The notes under the pieces were generated by a model. That model did not search any database. It was not told where the DNA came from and was given only the letters and a program-made list of their open reading frames with translations. From assembly GCF_000400465.1 (NCBI RefSeq), contig NW_008806275.1:399656-431655 (forward strand): 32,000 nucleotides of DNA, written 5' to 3'. Positions 10,148-21,476 of the stretch are shown here, piece by piece. How positions within the stretch are numbered: position 1 is the first letter of the stretch; each line of letters starts with the position of its first letter. The DNA is from Wallemia ichthyophaga EXF-994. Its lineage: Eukaryota > Fungi > Basidiomycota. Made by a program: the position numbers and the translations under genes.

Positions 10148-13100
10148 ATGATCTTGACGCATTTCAATCAACTTCTGCCGACATCTGGCGTTGAATTCGC
10201 CTGTCATTTAAAATTCACTTCCAGTGATACGCACAACATCATCACCACCGCGAACAACACGCTTAAGATCTATGAGATCAGCATCGAGCACCACCAGCAT
10301 CTCAATCAGCACAATATTCCATTCTCTCTCGTGCGTTATTTGGCTTTATATGATTCACCCGCTTATTCTGCCTCAGCCATCTGCAAAGCTTCTACTGCGC
10401 CGTGAATACCACCTCCACGGCGAAATTGTCGGTGTACAATCAATTAGAATTCTAGCGAGTATCGAGGATGGCAAGGATAGGCTGCTTTTGTCTTTTAGAG
10501 ATGCAAAAGTGCGTTCTTCTCCCCGTGTCGTTGGCCATTTCTCACAAAAATCCAGATAGCGCTGCTAGAATGGTCAAACGATATAAATGATATTGTGACT
10601 GTTTCTATTCATACGTATGAAAGGTCCAGTCAGGTCGTGCGTTGAGCTTGTCGCAATTCCACTCACTCTCCCTAACAAATCACCCAGCTATCACAAGACA
10701 TGACGCGCTTCAAGTCAAATTTACAATCTGATCCCGATAATAGATGCTCTGCTTTGCTTCTCCCAGATGATTCCCTCGCCTTACTCTCAGTCCATGGCAC
10801 TCAAGCTGACCTCGACGACCTCGATGACGATGTTTCCAAGTTTGTTGCTCTTTACGCGCATTTACATCTCTAATTCACCTTTAGAGCCATCAAAGATGTC
10901 CCTTACGCGCCTTCTTTCATCCTCCCTCTCAAATCTATTGACCAAGACATGTGCAACGTCATTGATTACTGCTTCTTGCCGGGTTTTCATAATCCAACAC
11001 TAGCCATCCTCTGTCAGCCCCGACAGACTTGGACTGGTAGACTTTCCGATTCTCAAGACACCTGCCAGCTGTTCTTCCTCACTCTCGACATTGTTACTCA
11101 AGTATACCCCATCATCGCAACCGTCGACAATCTCCCGTATGACTGCATATCTCTAACCGCAGCTCCAAAGGAAGTTGGTGGTGTTGCCATTCTATCAGCC
11201 AATGCCATCATACACGTCGATCAGAATGGCCGGCCTGTCGGAAGAGCAACGAATGGCTGGTCAACCATAACTTCTTCGAGGACACACGATCCTCCACCTA
11301 AAGATCTCTTCGTGCGATTGGAAGGTGCTTCAATTGGATTTTTAAAACTCAATCCGAGACAAAATCACCCACAAGCTTTACTTTTTCTTCCAAATGGCGA
11401 CATACACGCAGTGCAATTTTATAGAGAAGGTAGAACAATTTCAAGAGTCGATATAAGCAAGCCATTCGCAAGAGGTAGTATCCCATCGGGTGCTTACAGA
11501 CTTGATATTGATGGAGAGGGTTTAGGTGGTGGGCAGTTCATGTTTGTTCCTTCGATGGTCGGCGTCAGCTTTCTGCTCCGCATCGGTGACTCCCTTGATA
11601 GTCTCGAGCTTTTCCCTAAACCAGATAAGCTCGCTAATACAGCTTACGACGATATGGATGTCGATATCGACGAAGACTTATATGGATCATCAGAAACCAA
11701 GAACAATTTGAAAGAGGATGGAGACAGCGCAAGCCATGAGCCACCATTCACCATCTCCGACTACATTCAATCGCATGGCCCCGTCCAAGATATAACGATG
11801 GGGAGATATACAAAGACACCAAATTCACCGCTTCAGATTCTGGCTGCTACGGGTGCCGGCCACGTCGGTGGCATTACTGCTTTCCATCAGGAGATACCGT
11901 TCGAGAGCAAGAAGAAGCTTGATATTAGTTGCAATGTCGGACTATGGACGTTCGCATTGAGTAGTCTTGGTATGGTTATTGTGGCCTCAGACACGCAATC
12001 GAAGACAAAGGTGAGATCTTCTTTACTATCGGTGCTTCATTAACATGATCTAAGTTATTCAAACTGTTGCCGTCGAATGAGATAGAGTTGGTAGCAGAGA
12101 ACGACGAGGTCACTGTCTCGGCTGGCTTGATAGCCAATAAGTCTCGTATCTTGATCGTAGGAAAGTCCAGTATAAAGGTTTTCCAAGAAGGCAAGTTTTT
12201 GGTTTCTCTGTGCAACCGTTGACTGATTTTTTGTTCCAGACAGCTCATTTGAAATTTGCCTGCAAGTGGACGGCGAAGCGATAGAGCGGGCGATAGTCGA
12301 TGATCGTTATGTATTGACATTTCTGGAAGATGATCGCAAAATCCTATTCAATGTCGATGGTATCAAACTGAACAAAGTCGCGGACTTGAAAGATGACGTG
12401 AGTGATAGCAAGATCAAGGCTGTTTGTCTTACCAGCCGACTACAGCTTAGAATTTTATCTATTTACAAGGACGTCCGTGGAGTATTTGGACAAATTGAAT
12501 CTTGTTGTCTTTGTACAGTCACCAAGTCTGGCTCTTTGGATATCTTGATGCTTCCATCTCTAGAATCCGTGTTCTCCTCAAAGCATCTCGCGTATATACC
12601 CTCATCAATGTTCAACACTGCTGGAACTGAGGAAGCTATGGCGGACAAAGATGCCAGCGACGGTGACGGTGTTCTTGAAGCTTGTTTGGTGAATCTCGGC
12701 CGAAGGTTCAAGAGAACAAATCTTATTGTGGGTGTTTCTTATACGTTAGCATTTCAGTTTCAAAGTTAACATTTTATAGGTTCTCCACGAATCTGGACAT
12801 CTTGTCTTGTACGACACGTTTAACTCTCCAACCGGATTGGCTTTTTCCAAAGTCACATCAACCGTCATACAGATATCAGCAACGGTTCATTCAAAAATCA
12901 TTCCGTGTAACGAAAGCGGAGCTGTGGTGACCGGTCGTTCGCCTGTCATGATCAGCTGCGAAGATACATCACCACCGCGCATACACCGTTTCAGTCAAAA
13001 GTACATGCAACAAGCAGCTCCATTCACCGATGGAATAATCTACCTTGCAAATGATGTAGTTACCTTGGCAAGAATAGGTGATGATGTAGAGTATAGTGAG

Positions 13101-14538
13101 AGTCTGCCACTCAGACGTCTAGCAAGTGGAAGACACTTTGACAAAATAGCCTTCGATCCTACTTCCCAAATGTACGCCGCTACATCAACAGCCAGCGTAC
13201 CGTTCAGGTTGTTCGATAATGCGGGCAACTATCTCTGGAAACCGCCAAGTGAGTCGTCGTCCATCTCTGATTAACCGCAATATTTACAAGGCGAACAGTG
13301 GAGAATCTCTCTCCCGCCACATCATATCGCTCATCGATCGAGCTCTTATCACACGATTGTCGGTCATCTTTATTCGGCTACGAGTTTGAGCAGAATGAAT
13401 TCGTTATTTGCTGCGACACAGTGTCATTGCTCTCACCCTCAGCCAACGGAACCTATAAAGACTTTATAGGAGTTGGAACGTGTATAAACAAGGGTGAAGA
13501 TGTGGCTGTTAAGGGAGCCATCTACCTTTTCGAAATAGTAGAATTGGTGCCAAGCTCAAAGGATGTTGGAAACAATTACAAATTGAGATTGCTTATGAGA
13601 GAGGAGACGCGAGGAGCTGTCAGTGCAATCACAAGCTGCTCTGGTTATTTTGTTGTTGCTGTCGGTCAGAAGGTGCTAATAAGAGCTTTAGAGATTAACG
13701 AGAGGCTTGTGAGCGTAGCGTTCTATGACGCGGGTACATATATTGTTTCGCTTGAAGTTCTCAAGAATTTTATATTGGTGGGAGATCAAGTCAAATCGAT
13801 TACATTTCTGGCATTTCAAGTGGGTGTTATTGGGTAGCGAAAGAGTGGGTATGATGACTAACACACAACAGGAATCGCCATACAAACTAGTTCAACTATC
13901 ACGAGATGCGCGACAGATAGAGACATGCGTGTCCAATTTCCTTGCATATGAGGATCAGATAACGTTTGTCAGTAATGACATAAAAGGAGACATGAGACTG
14001 ATTGACTATAATCCATTCGATCCTGCTGCGGAGGGTGGAGAGAAGTTGATCAGAACGACTGAGTTCCACAAAGGTGCTGAAGCTACCTGCTCACTACTTC
14101 TCGCGAAGCCATCAGTCAGGCCTTCATCGGAGTTATTGTTGGGTGAGCTTTTGTTTTTAACTTGGTGTGCACAAGCTGATGACGAAACAAATCAGGTGGT
14201 GTCGATGGTTCGCTGAGCTGCTTAACTCCAGTGGATGAGCAATCCTTTAAAGCGCTGTGGCTGCTTCAGGGTGCGTTGGTCAGACAGATTCCTCACGTAG
14301 CAGCTCTCAACCCTCGAGCTCATAGGTGAGCAACTCTTAAAATTGGCGTTGAAATTTGCTAACGTCACACAGACACGTTCGCAACGATTATGTCTCCAGA
14401 TCACTCTCTAAGGGAATTCTTGACGGCCTTTTACTTTCAAAGTACCAGGGTCTTGATCATTTGACGCAGATCGAGATAGCTAAGCGTATTGGATATTCCA
14501 AGGCTGAATTATTAGCAATTCTAAGGAACCACGTTTGA
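10148..14538 (+). CDS. CFT1: Cleavage and polyadenylation specificity factor subunit 1 (CPSF160/Cft1); 13 exons: 10148-10330, 10377-10508, 10556-10636, 10688-10839, 10885-12010, 12055-12190, 12240-12397, 12446-12727, 12780-13248, 13299-13819, 13872-14142, 14196-14325, 14373-14538 (~1268 aa)
   Basis: Motifs include LLPTSGVEF, LLLSFRDAKIALLEW, IVTVSIHTYE, DYCFLPGFHNPTLAIL, GTCINKGEDVAVKGAIYLFEI, KNFILVGD and LNPRAHRHVRND, all from the CPSF_A beta-propeller family. All 12 introns are phase-consistent, one of them GC-AG. Confidence 0.9.
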
Positions 14539-14662
14539 ATGCAACATGTATCATCTAGACATATTATTTAACTTATCCATAGATTTATTAAGCGATTCTT
14601 GAAGGAGATTAAGAATCGAAGATGTGGCAGATTAAAATAAACACCAAGCAATTGAACTGAAA

Positions 14663-15558
14663 TCAACAACTGCAATATCTTGAAAAGGTATTTGAATCGC
14701 TTATCCTAACACTGCCAGTCTGACTGTCGAAAAAAGCACCCGTAGGTTTTGGTATTGGGTTGTGTAGCGAAGGTGTATCTATTATCTGATTTTGTGAGTC
14801 AGATGAGATGAGAAAGGAGTGTGGCTGTAGCTGTTTACCTTCTGAACCAAATCATGAAACAGATCATTCACACCTGTACTGAGCTTGGCAGAGCATTCGA
14901 CAAACATTGCGTTGTAATTCTCCGCTAGACTCTTCGCCTCATCTGTAGAAACCTTGCGATGATGATCTAAATCTGTCTTGTTGCCAACAATAATCTTGAT
15001 GGCGTCACTGGTGGAGTAAGTGTTGAGCTCCTGAAACCAAACGCGTAATTTATCGAAAGATTCACGATTAGTGAAGTCGTAAACCAGTATTACACCCTGT
15101 GCACCACGGTAATAACTAGAAGTCAGAGTTCTGAATCGCTCTTGACCTGCTGTATCCCTGTCGTCATACGTGAGACCGATAAGGGTGAAATGAAAAAAAA
15201 AAGAAGAGAGACGAACCAAATAGACAATTTGTATCGCTTATCTTTAATTTGAATATATTTTACTTTGAAGTCTGCGTGAAGCGTGAAGCGTTGGTTGTAT
15301 TCAAGTGTGACATCTGAGCAAACCCACCTACGCCAATCTAGGAGGAAATTTAGCTTATTCCGTGTATTAGATATGTGTATCACAACTTACCGTCGCATTA
15401 GCATCCTCTTCCGCCAGAAAATCGTTATCGGTGAATCGAACAAGCAGAGACGACTTTCCGACGCTGGAGTTGCCGATGAGAAGGAGTTTGAATGTTTGCG
15501 GTGGCTCATTCCGCGTTGATATCGAAGAGACTGACTGCGTGTCTGCCATGTCTGCCAT
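14663..15558 (-). CDS. RAB18: Rab GTPase, Rab18 type; exons 15558-15391, 15337-15328, 15271-15217, 15157-14839, 14785-14663 (~224 aa)
   Basis: It has G1 GNSSVGKSSLL, effector ATIGVDFKVK (restored by a 10-nt exon), [23 protein letters not shown] (Rab18-type), GNKTD, ECSAK and a C-terminal CSC prenylation motif. Confidence 0.88.
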
Positions 15559-15706
15559 GTCTGCCACAGATGAAAGTAGAGAGTACAGAGGTTGATAAGC
15601 GCTAGTAGGCTGAATATCCCAAGCGTAATAAATCCAAAGTGTTTGTGATTCAGAGTTTTATTTTAAATGGAAATCAAGTGGACTGTGTTTTATTAGCCAG
15701 ACGTTG

Positions 15707-16752
15707 ATGAAGGTATCAGCAGGATTATCCAGCCAAGTAAAGCACCTGCTGTCTACAGGTGACCTCAGCAAGCAGCAGCTCAGTACTCTCCTTAGCCACT
15801 CTTCGCAACTGAAAGACGCTTGCAAGAAGAACGCGATCCCCCCAGCCAAGCTATCGATACCAAAGACACTGGATGCTAAATCTGTTGCTGTGATTTTCAA
15901 TAAGAGATCCACTCGTACGCGTGTTGCCGCAGAGACTTCTCTCCACGCTTTAGGTGAGTCATTCTACTGTTGTTATCGGCGAGGCTTACAAAAAACACAG
16001 GTGGTCATCCATTGTTCCTGTCTCCTTCGGATATACAGCTTGGTGTGAATGAGTCGCTCGAAGACACTGCTCGAGTCGTGAGCTCAATGTCTGATGGCAT
16101 ATTCGCCAGGGTTGGCGCACATTCAGATATTCAGACTCTGGCAAAATACTCAACTGTACCAGTGATCAACGCACTGTGCGATTTATATCATCCAACTCAA
16201 ATTTTGGCTGATTTGCTTACCATCAGCGAGGTTTACGGCGTTAACTATGGCAGCGATGCGCCACTTTCGGGGCTAACGTTTAGCTGGGTTGGTGATGCTA
16301 ATAACATTATAAACGACACGTTGCTCTCGCTACCAAGACTCGGTGGTATCGTCAAAGTGGGGTGCCCTGAAGGATACCAAATCGATCCAATCATAATGAA
16401 TCAACTCAAATCTCAAGGCGTTATGGATAAGGTTGTTTTTACTAGCAGCCCGTATGAAGCTGTCAAAGGTGCCGATGTGATCGTCACCGATACATGGATC
16501 TCAATGGGTCAGGAAGACGAAAAGGCAAAGAGGCTTCAAGATTTCAAGGGATTCCAAGTAACTGAAGATTTAGCGAGAAAGGGCGGTGCCAAAGAGAATT
16601 GGATGTTCATGCATTGCTTACCCAGGAAGGCAGAGGAAGTCGATGACGAGGTATTCTACGGTAAACGTTCAAGGGTGTTCCAGGAGGCGGAAAACAGGAA
16701 GTGGACCATAATGTCAATTTTCAATAAAATATTGGGGGAATATAGCTTGTAG
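15707..16752 (+). CDS. ARG3: Ornithine carbamoyltransferase; exons 15707-15953, 16001-16752 (332 aa)
   Basis: Motifs are the carbamoyl-phosphate site FNKRSTRTR, HPTQILAD, WVGDANN, DTWISMGQE and HCLP. There is one 47-nt GTGAGT...CAG intron. Confidence 0.95.
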
Positions 16753-16762
16753 AAGAACGACC

Positions 16763-19700
16763 ATGTCCATGTCGTTCATGGTCACAGACTATCTTAATGA
16801 ATTAGTAAAGCAATTCAATTTCAATTTCAAGGTTGACCACCTGTTTGAGTACAAGTCATTGCTGGAGTTGCTCCTCGAGAACCCGCTTAACAAGTTCAAT
16901 ATAACTTACAAGGCAATTCCAACAAACCAGCCAATAGATTTCCATTATAAGATTAAAGATAGCATTGTCGGTGTTTTCACAGTCTCAACGAGATACTACG
17001 CTAAAGATGAATTGAGCAAGGTGTTGAAAGTACTTGAGATTGTGGTATATGCTTCACTTTCAATCATATTAGAATTAAAGCTGATGGAGACCTACAATAT
17101 CCATATTCTTATCAAGAAAAGGTCCCTCGTCCGCCAATTGATCGACAGCCTATTCAAGTACACCCAGCCACAGCAGCAAACCACCGCCCAGAATAAGTAC
17201 TCCAAAGTTACAGACAAGATGGAATCTCAGGTACTCTCTACTTCTCCTTCTGTTAAGTCCTTTCCAGCCGGTTTTCTTATCCAAAATCTCGCTAAGGATG
17301 ATCAGACCATTTCCTCAAACATCAAGTCAGCATTGAACTCTCTTTTATCGCATAATTGTGGGTGCTTACTGCTTTTGTGAGAGCTCGCCTTTTAACGCGC
17401 TTAATCGCAGCTTCTTTCGACGGCTTCTTCAATCACCAATCCATACCCATTCTACACTCAACTGAGCACAATCACGCTCAACTCTCTTTGATCTCTTACT
17501 ACAACCAGAATGACATGCGTTTGATTGCTAAACTACTTCAATTATCCGAATATGAAAGTGGTTACTTTGAACAATACACACACTTCACCTGGAGGCTAGA
17601 TATTGCTGTCTTTGACAGCTTTGCTCCTTCCACACCTCCGCAGCAATCAAGAAAGCTGCCACAACCTGATGATACCCCCAAACAGTCTAAGTCTCATATA
17701 TCCATCTACCCCGACCAAGACCATAACCACGAGTACAGCCACGACCACTCGAGATACTCTAAGAGCACTATTAAGGCATGGATTGAATGTACCATTTGCA
17801 AGAGTTGCACACCACACAACGATTTATCTGAAGGTGCTCAACTTTATTCCTTTGGAAAGTATTTAGAGCTCTTGCTCTACTCCAATAGCTTTCTACCTTC
17901 AACGCTATGTGATCATGCCAGAAGGTGTCTCGATAGCAATATTCCTTCAAAGACCAACTTTGTCAGATGGTTTGATCTGTCTAGCAAAGCTAAGCTGATC
18001 AGAATGTCTCTTAACCCCGTAAACCCCTTTGATATCAAGGGTCCAAAAATACAGATCAAAGAATCGCAGTCAAATACATCGGATGAGTTTCAGTATCCAA
18101 CTGACGTTGAGCGATTTAAGTTGAAGGAAGACATTTCAGACTCGGTTGTGCGCTCAACACGGAAAGATATCGCCATCTACTTTACAACCAATGCTAGAGG
18201 TTGTTTGCATGATCTGCTTAGAGACTACTACAATCACATTGCCTCAACCAAGAAGAAGAAGGGTTCAAACAGCGAGCCCGAGTCAGCACAAATGAGTCGG
18301 TCAAACAGTGGTACAGCAAAGTCTATGTCGCAAGCAGCTGCGACTCTGATGAATATCTCTCAAGCTGATAACGGTCACTATAATGCCAATGCTTTCCAAC
18401 AGCCTGCGACAATATCTGGTGGAACCTCACCTCTGTTAAAACAACGCTTAACACCTGCCACTGCAACTGCCAACAGAATAAAGAGACTATTCGATCAACA
18501 GGAACTCGATTTACTCAAGCTTTTGAAAGATGTTCCGCCTGAGCACGCTAATGATGTTAGAAGGAAGTTGAAGGAGACAAGCTATGCGTGTAGAGCTCGA
18601 CTACTTGCTTTCAAAAATAAGTTCATACCTGAGAGCTACTACAACAAGAATGAGCAGCGCAAAAAGGAGAAGGAAAGAGAGAAAGAGAAAGAGAAAGAGA
18701 AAGAAAAGGAAAAAGATAAGGATCCTGCAGCGACGACTAATGACAGCAAAAGCGAAGACTTTACTGGTCAAAATCAGAATCAAAAGGAACCAAGCGAGGA
18801 CAACCTTAAAAAGGAAATAGAAAGTAATGATTACCTCAACAACCCACGCGTGCATGCCTTCCCAGGAAGTAGCATTTTAGTCAGGGAAGATGACCCATCA
18901 TCTATAATAGCATATGCTTTATCGTGGGTGCTCTATGAAAATATCAAGGTCTTTGCTAATTCAATATCTAGGTCTGATTTGTATCTGAACGAGATGCAGA
19001 AGATGAAGCAGGAACGTTTCAACGATGAGAACGAAGACGACATCATACCTGAGGAACATCATGATACGTCAAATGATAAAGAGAATGAAAAGGATAAGGA
19101 TAAAGAAAAAAGCAGGAATGAAAAGAAAGACAAAGATCAGCAACCTTCACAGACAGAGGTCGCAAATTCCAACTGCGAACCAGACAGTGAAGATCCAGCA
19201 GCATTTTCGAACAATTGTACAGATTCTTGGACTTATTCAGTGACGAGGAGAGAAGGTACTTCCGATAATCCAGGTGGCCTGCTTAATTTAAGAATGTTGT
19301 CTTCTAAGCGTTCGATCGATAGTCTAGGAATGTTGAGGTTGCGATCGCCTTCATCTCGACCGACTTCAATGATGAGTGATGCCTCTGTCAATACAAACAT
19401 TCCGCATCCTTCGAATCTCTCAATAGGTCCTTCAGCTGTGAGCAGCAATCAGGTTGAACGTCAAAATAGCAACGGTTCGACCGCTTCTAGTCACAGAATG
19501 TCTCTTAGAAACACCGCTGAGAATAGCGACGGTGACGCAATACTCGAGAACCTGATGTCTGCTGAGCAACCAGAGCAAGCGGAACAGTTAGATGCACCTG
19601 TAGCAGCCGATTCAGAAAAATCACACAAGCGTTCATTGTCTGCTTCTAGCAATACAAGTTCAGCCAGCAATACAACGCCAAATGCGAGACAGAGATCACC

Positions 19701-21364
19701 AAATGGGCTCTCCTCAAGTTTACCTTCTCAGCCAATTCCAAGACGCGTATCTGAGCTATCACAGAACAGTGACAGCGAAGGAGCATCAGGTAACGTTAAT
19801 GAAATATGCGGTAAATCTTGGACATCTGAGCCTGAGAATGCATTGAATGATTTCGAGCAATTGAGGAAGAGGGAGGATGCGAACAAAGCAATTGAGACAC
19901 TCAAGGAGGAGGAAGAACCTCAAGAAGATTTGGCAAGTCTGAAAGAGATTGATACAAACAGTGAACCGTCTGAAATGATGAATCAGGAGAGTAATATGAG
20001 CTCATCTTCAAAATACGTACCACCACCACCTCCAAGCTCAGCTAATAGCTTCATTGATGAAGATATGTCTGCTGACGATAATTATAAATCTGACTCACAG
20101 GTTTCCACGGCACCTACACTGAGACCTTCACTGACTACTAGAGCATCAAGTAGTTTCAGTTCAATATTCGCTCTTGGTCGCAATAAAGAGGGTAATCTTC
20201 CTGAGGATCAGTTGCACGCTCAACCATCACTTTCGTCACTGCCTAATGAGGATAAGAGAGGTCGCATTATCAGCTCACGTATGGATGAAGCAGCTGCTAA
20301 TACTAGCAACATTGAGGCGAAGGAGGTCAAAAAGTCACCTCACATTAAATATGAGTTTGGAGACAAGACTAAATTTGGTGTCACAATCTACTTTGCGGAA
20401 GAATTTGACGCTTTGAGGCGGAAATGCGGCGTAAGTTCGCAGTTGATTCATTCATTGTCGAGAAGTATGAGTTGGAGAGCTGAGGGTGGTAAAACCAAAG
20501 CCAACTTCAGTAAGACTGTGGATGAAAGATTCGTGATTAAGCAGTTGACGACGAGTTGGACGGTTGATGATAAGCATGCTTTGTTGGAATGGGCACCTGC
20601 TTATTTCAAGCATGTTGAGTCAAACAAACCTACACTGCTGTGTAAAATCTTGGGTTTCTACAGCATAAAAATAACGCCACCATCGGAATCTAAATCTAGC
20701 GTGCCTATTCGAATGGATTTACTAGTGATGGAGAATCTCTTCCACTCGCATTCTATTTCGACAGTGTTTGATTTGAAGGTGGGTAATGGTCATGATGTCG
20801 TTTGCTTATTGGGACAATCTAATATCTTTGCAGGGTATTGAAGGTCGCAAATGTAAATCTGGCGGTACATTAGGCGATGCTGATTGGGAGAAAACTGATA
20901 ATATCAGCATGCATCTCATACATTCACACTCTAAGCACATAATCGAAGAGGCGTTGAAAAATGATACACAGTTCCTGATGGATCAGAACATAATGGATTA
21001 CTCATTCTTAATTGGCGTAGATATGAGAAGAAGAGAGTTGGTAGTTGGTATAATTGACGCAATCGGTGCATTTACCATTGCCAAATATATAGAGAGTGCA
21101 GGGAAACACTCAAAACAAGCCATATTTAATCCGACTCAATCAACGAGATATTCAAAAGTGACCGTTCTCCCACCAGTTGAATATCAGAAAAGATTTTTAC
21201 AGGCTATGGATAAGTACTTTTTGCCATGTCCAGATAAATGGACAGCAATCAATATAACGAAAGACAATAATGATGATGTTGATACGATAGTTTCGAATGA
21301 CCCACACAGTCATTCACATGGTTATTCACACGGGTATTCACGTAAATTGCCCAATCCAATCTAA
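16763..21364 (+). CDS. Fab1/PIKfyve-like phosphatidylinositol-phosphate kinase lacking a FYVE domain; exons 16763-17357, 17411-18923, 18972-20778, 20834-21364 (~1481 aa)
   Basis: Fab1 landmarks are ELSKVLKVLEIVVY..LEL (end of the CCT-like region), HQSI, the Cys-rich C..C..TP...YSFGKYLEL region and VREDDPSSIIAYALSS. The PIPK domain has FAEEFDALR, GGKTKANFSKTVDERFVIKQ, DLKG, MDYSFLIG and GIID. No FYVE Cys/RRHHCR pattern is present, and OTC lies immediately upstream. The exact start codon is uncertain. Confidence 0.85.
18661..18720 (+). repeat. AAAGAG-type hexamer repeat encoding a (KE)n tract in the Fab1-like protein
   Basis: The sequence aaggagaaggaaagagagaaagagaaagagaaagagaaagaaaaggaaaaagataag encodes KEKEREKEKEKEKEKEKDK. 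Confidence 0.8.
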
Positions 21365-21476
21365 CAAAATAAGGCATTTCAAACAACTGCATTCTATATT
21401 AAACACTCACACTCATTAAGATGATGATAATAACAGGATAATAATTGTACAATTTATAAATACTCTAAGGAAAGTA

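Noticed and set aside
15541-15567. 9-nt repeat (TGGCAGACA)x3 at the Rab18 start and the ORF-track start at GTG 15567
   Set aside because: This is a simple slippage repeat. The first true ATG is 15558, and I see no functional signal.
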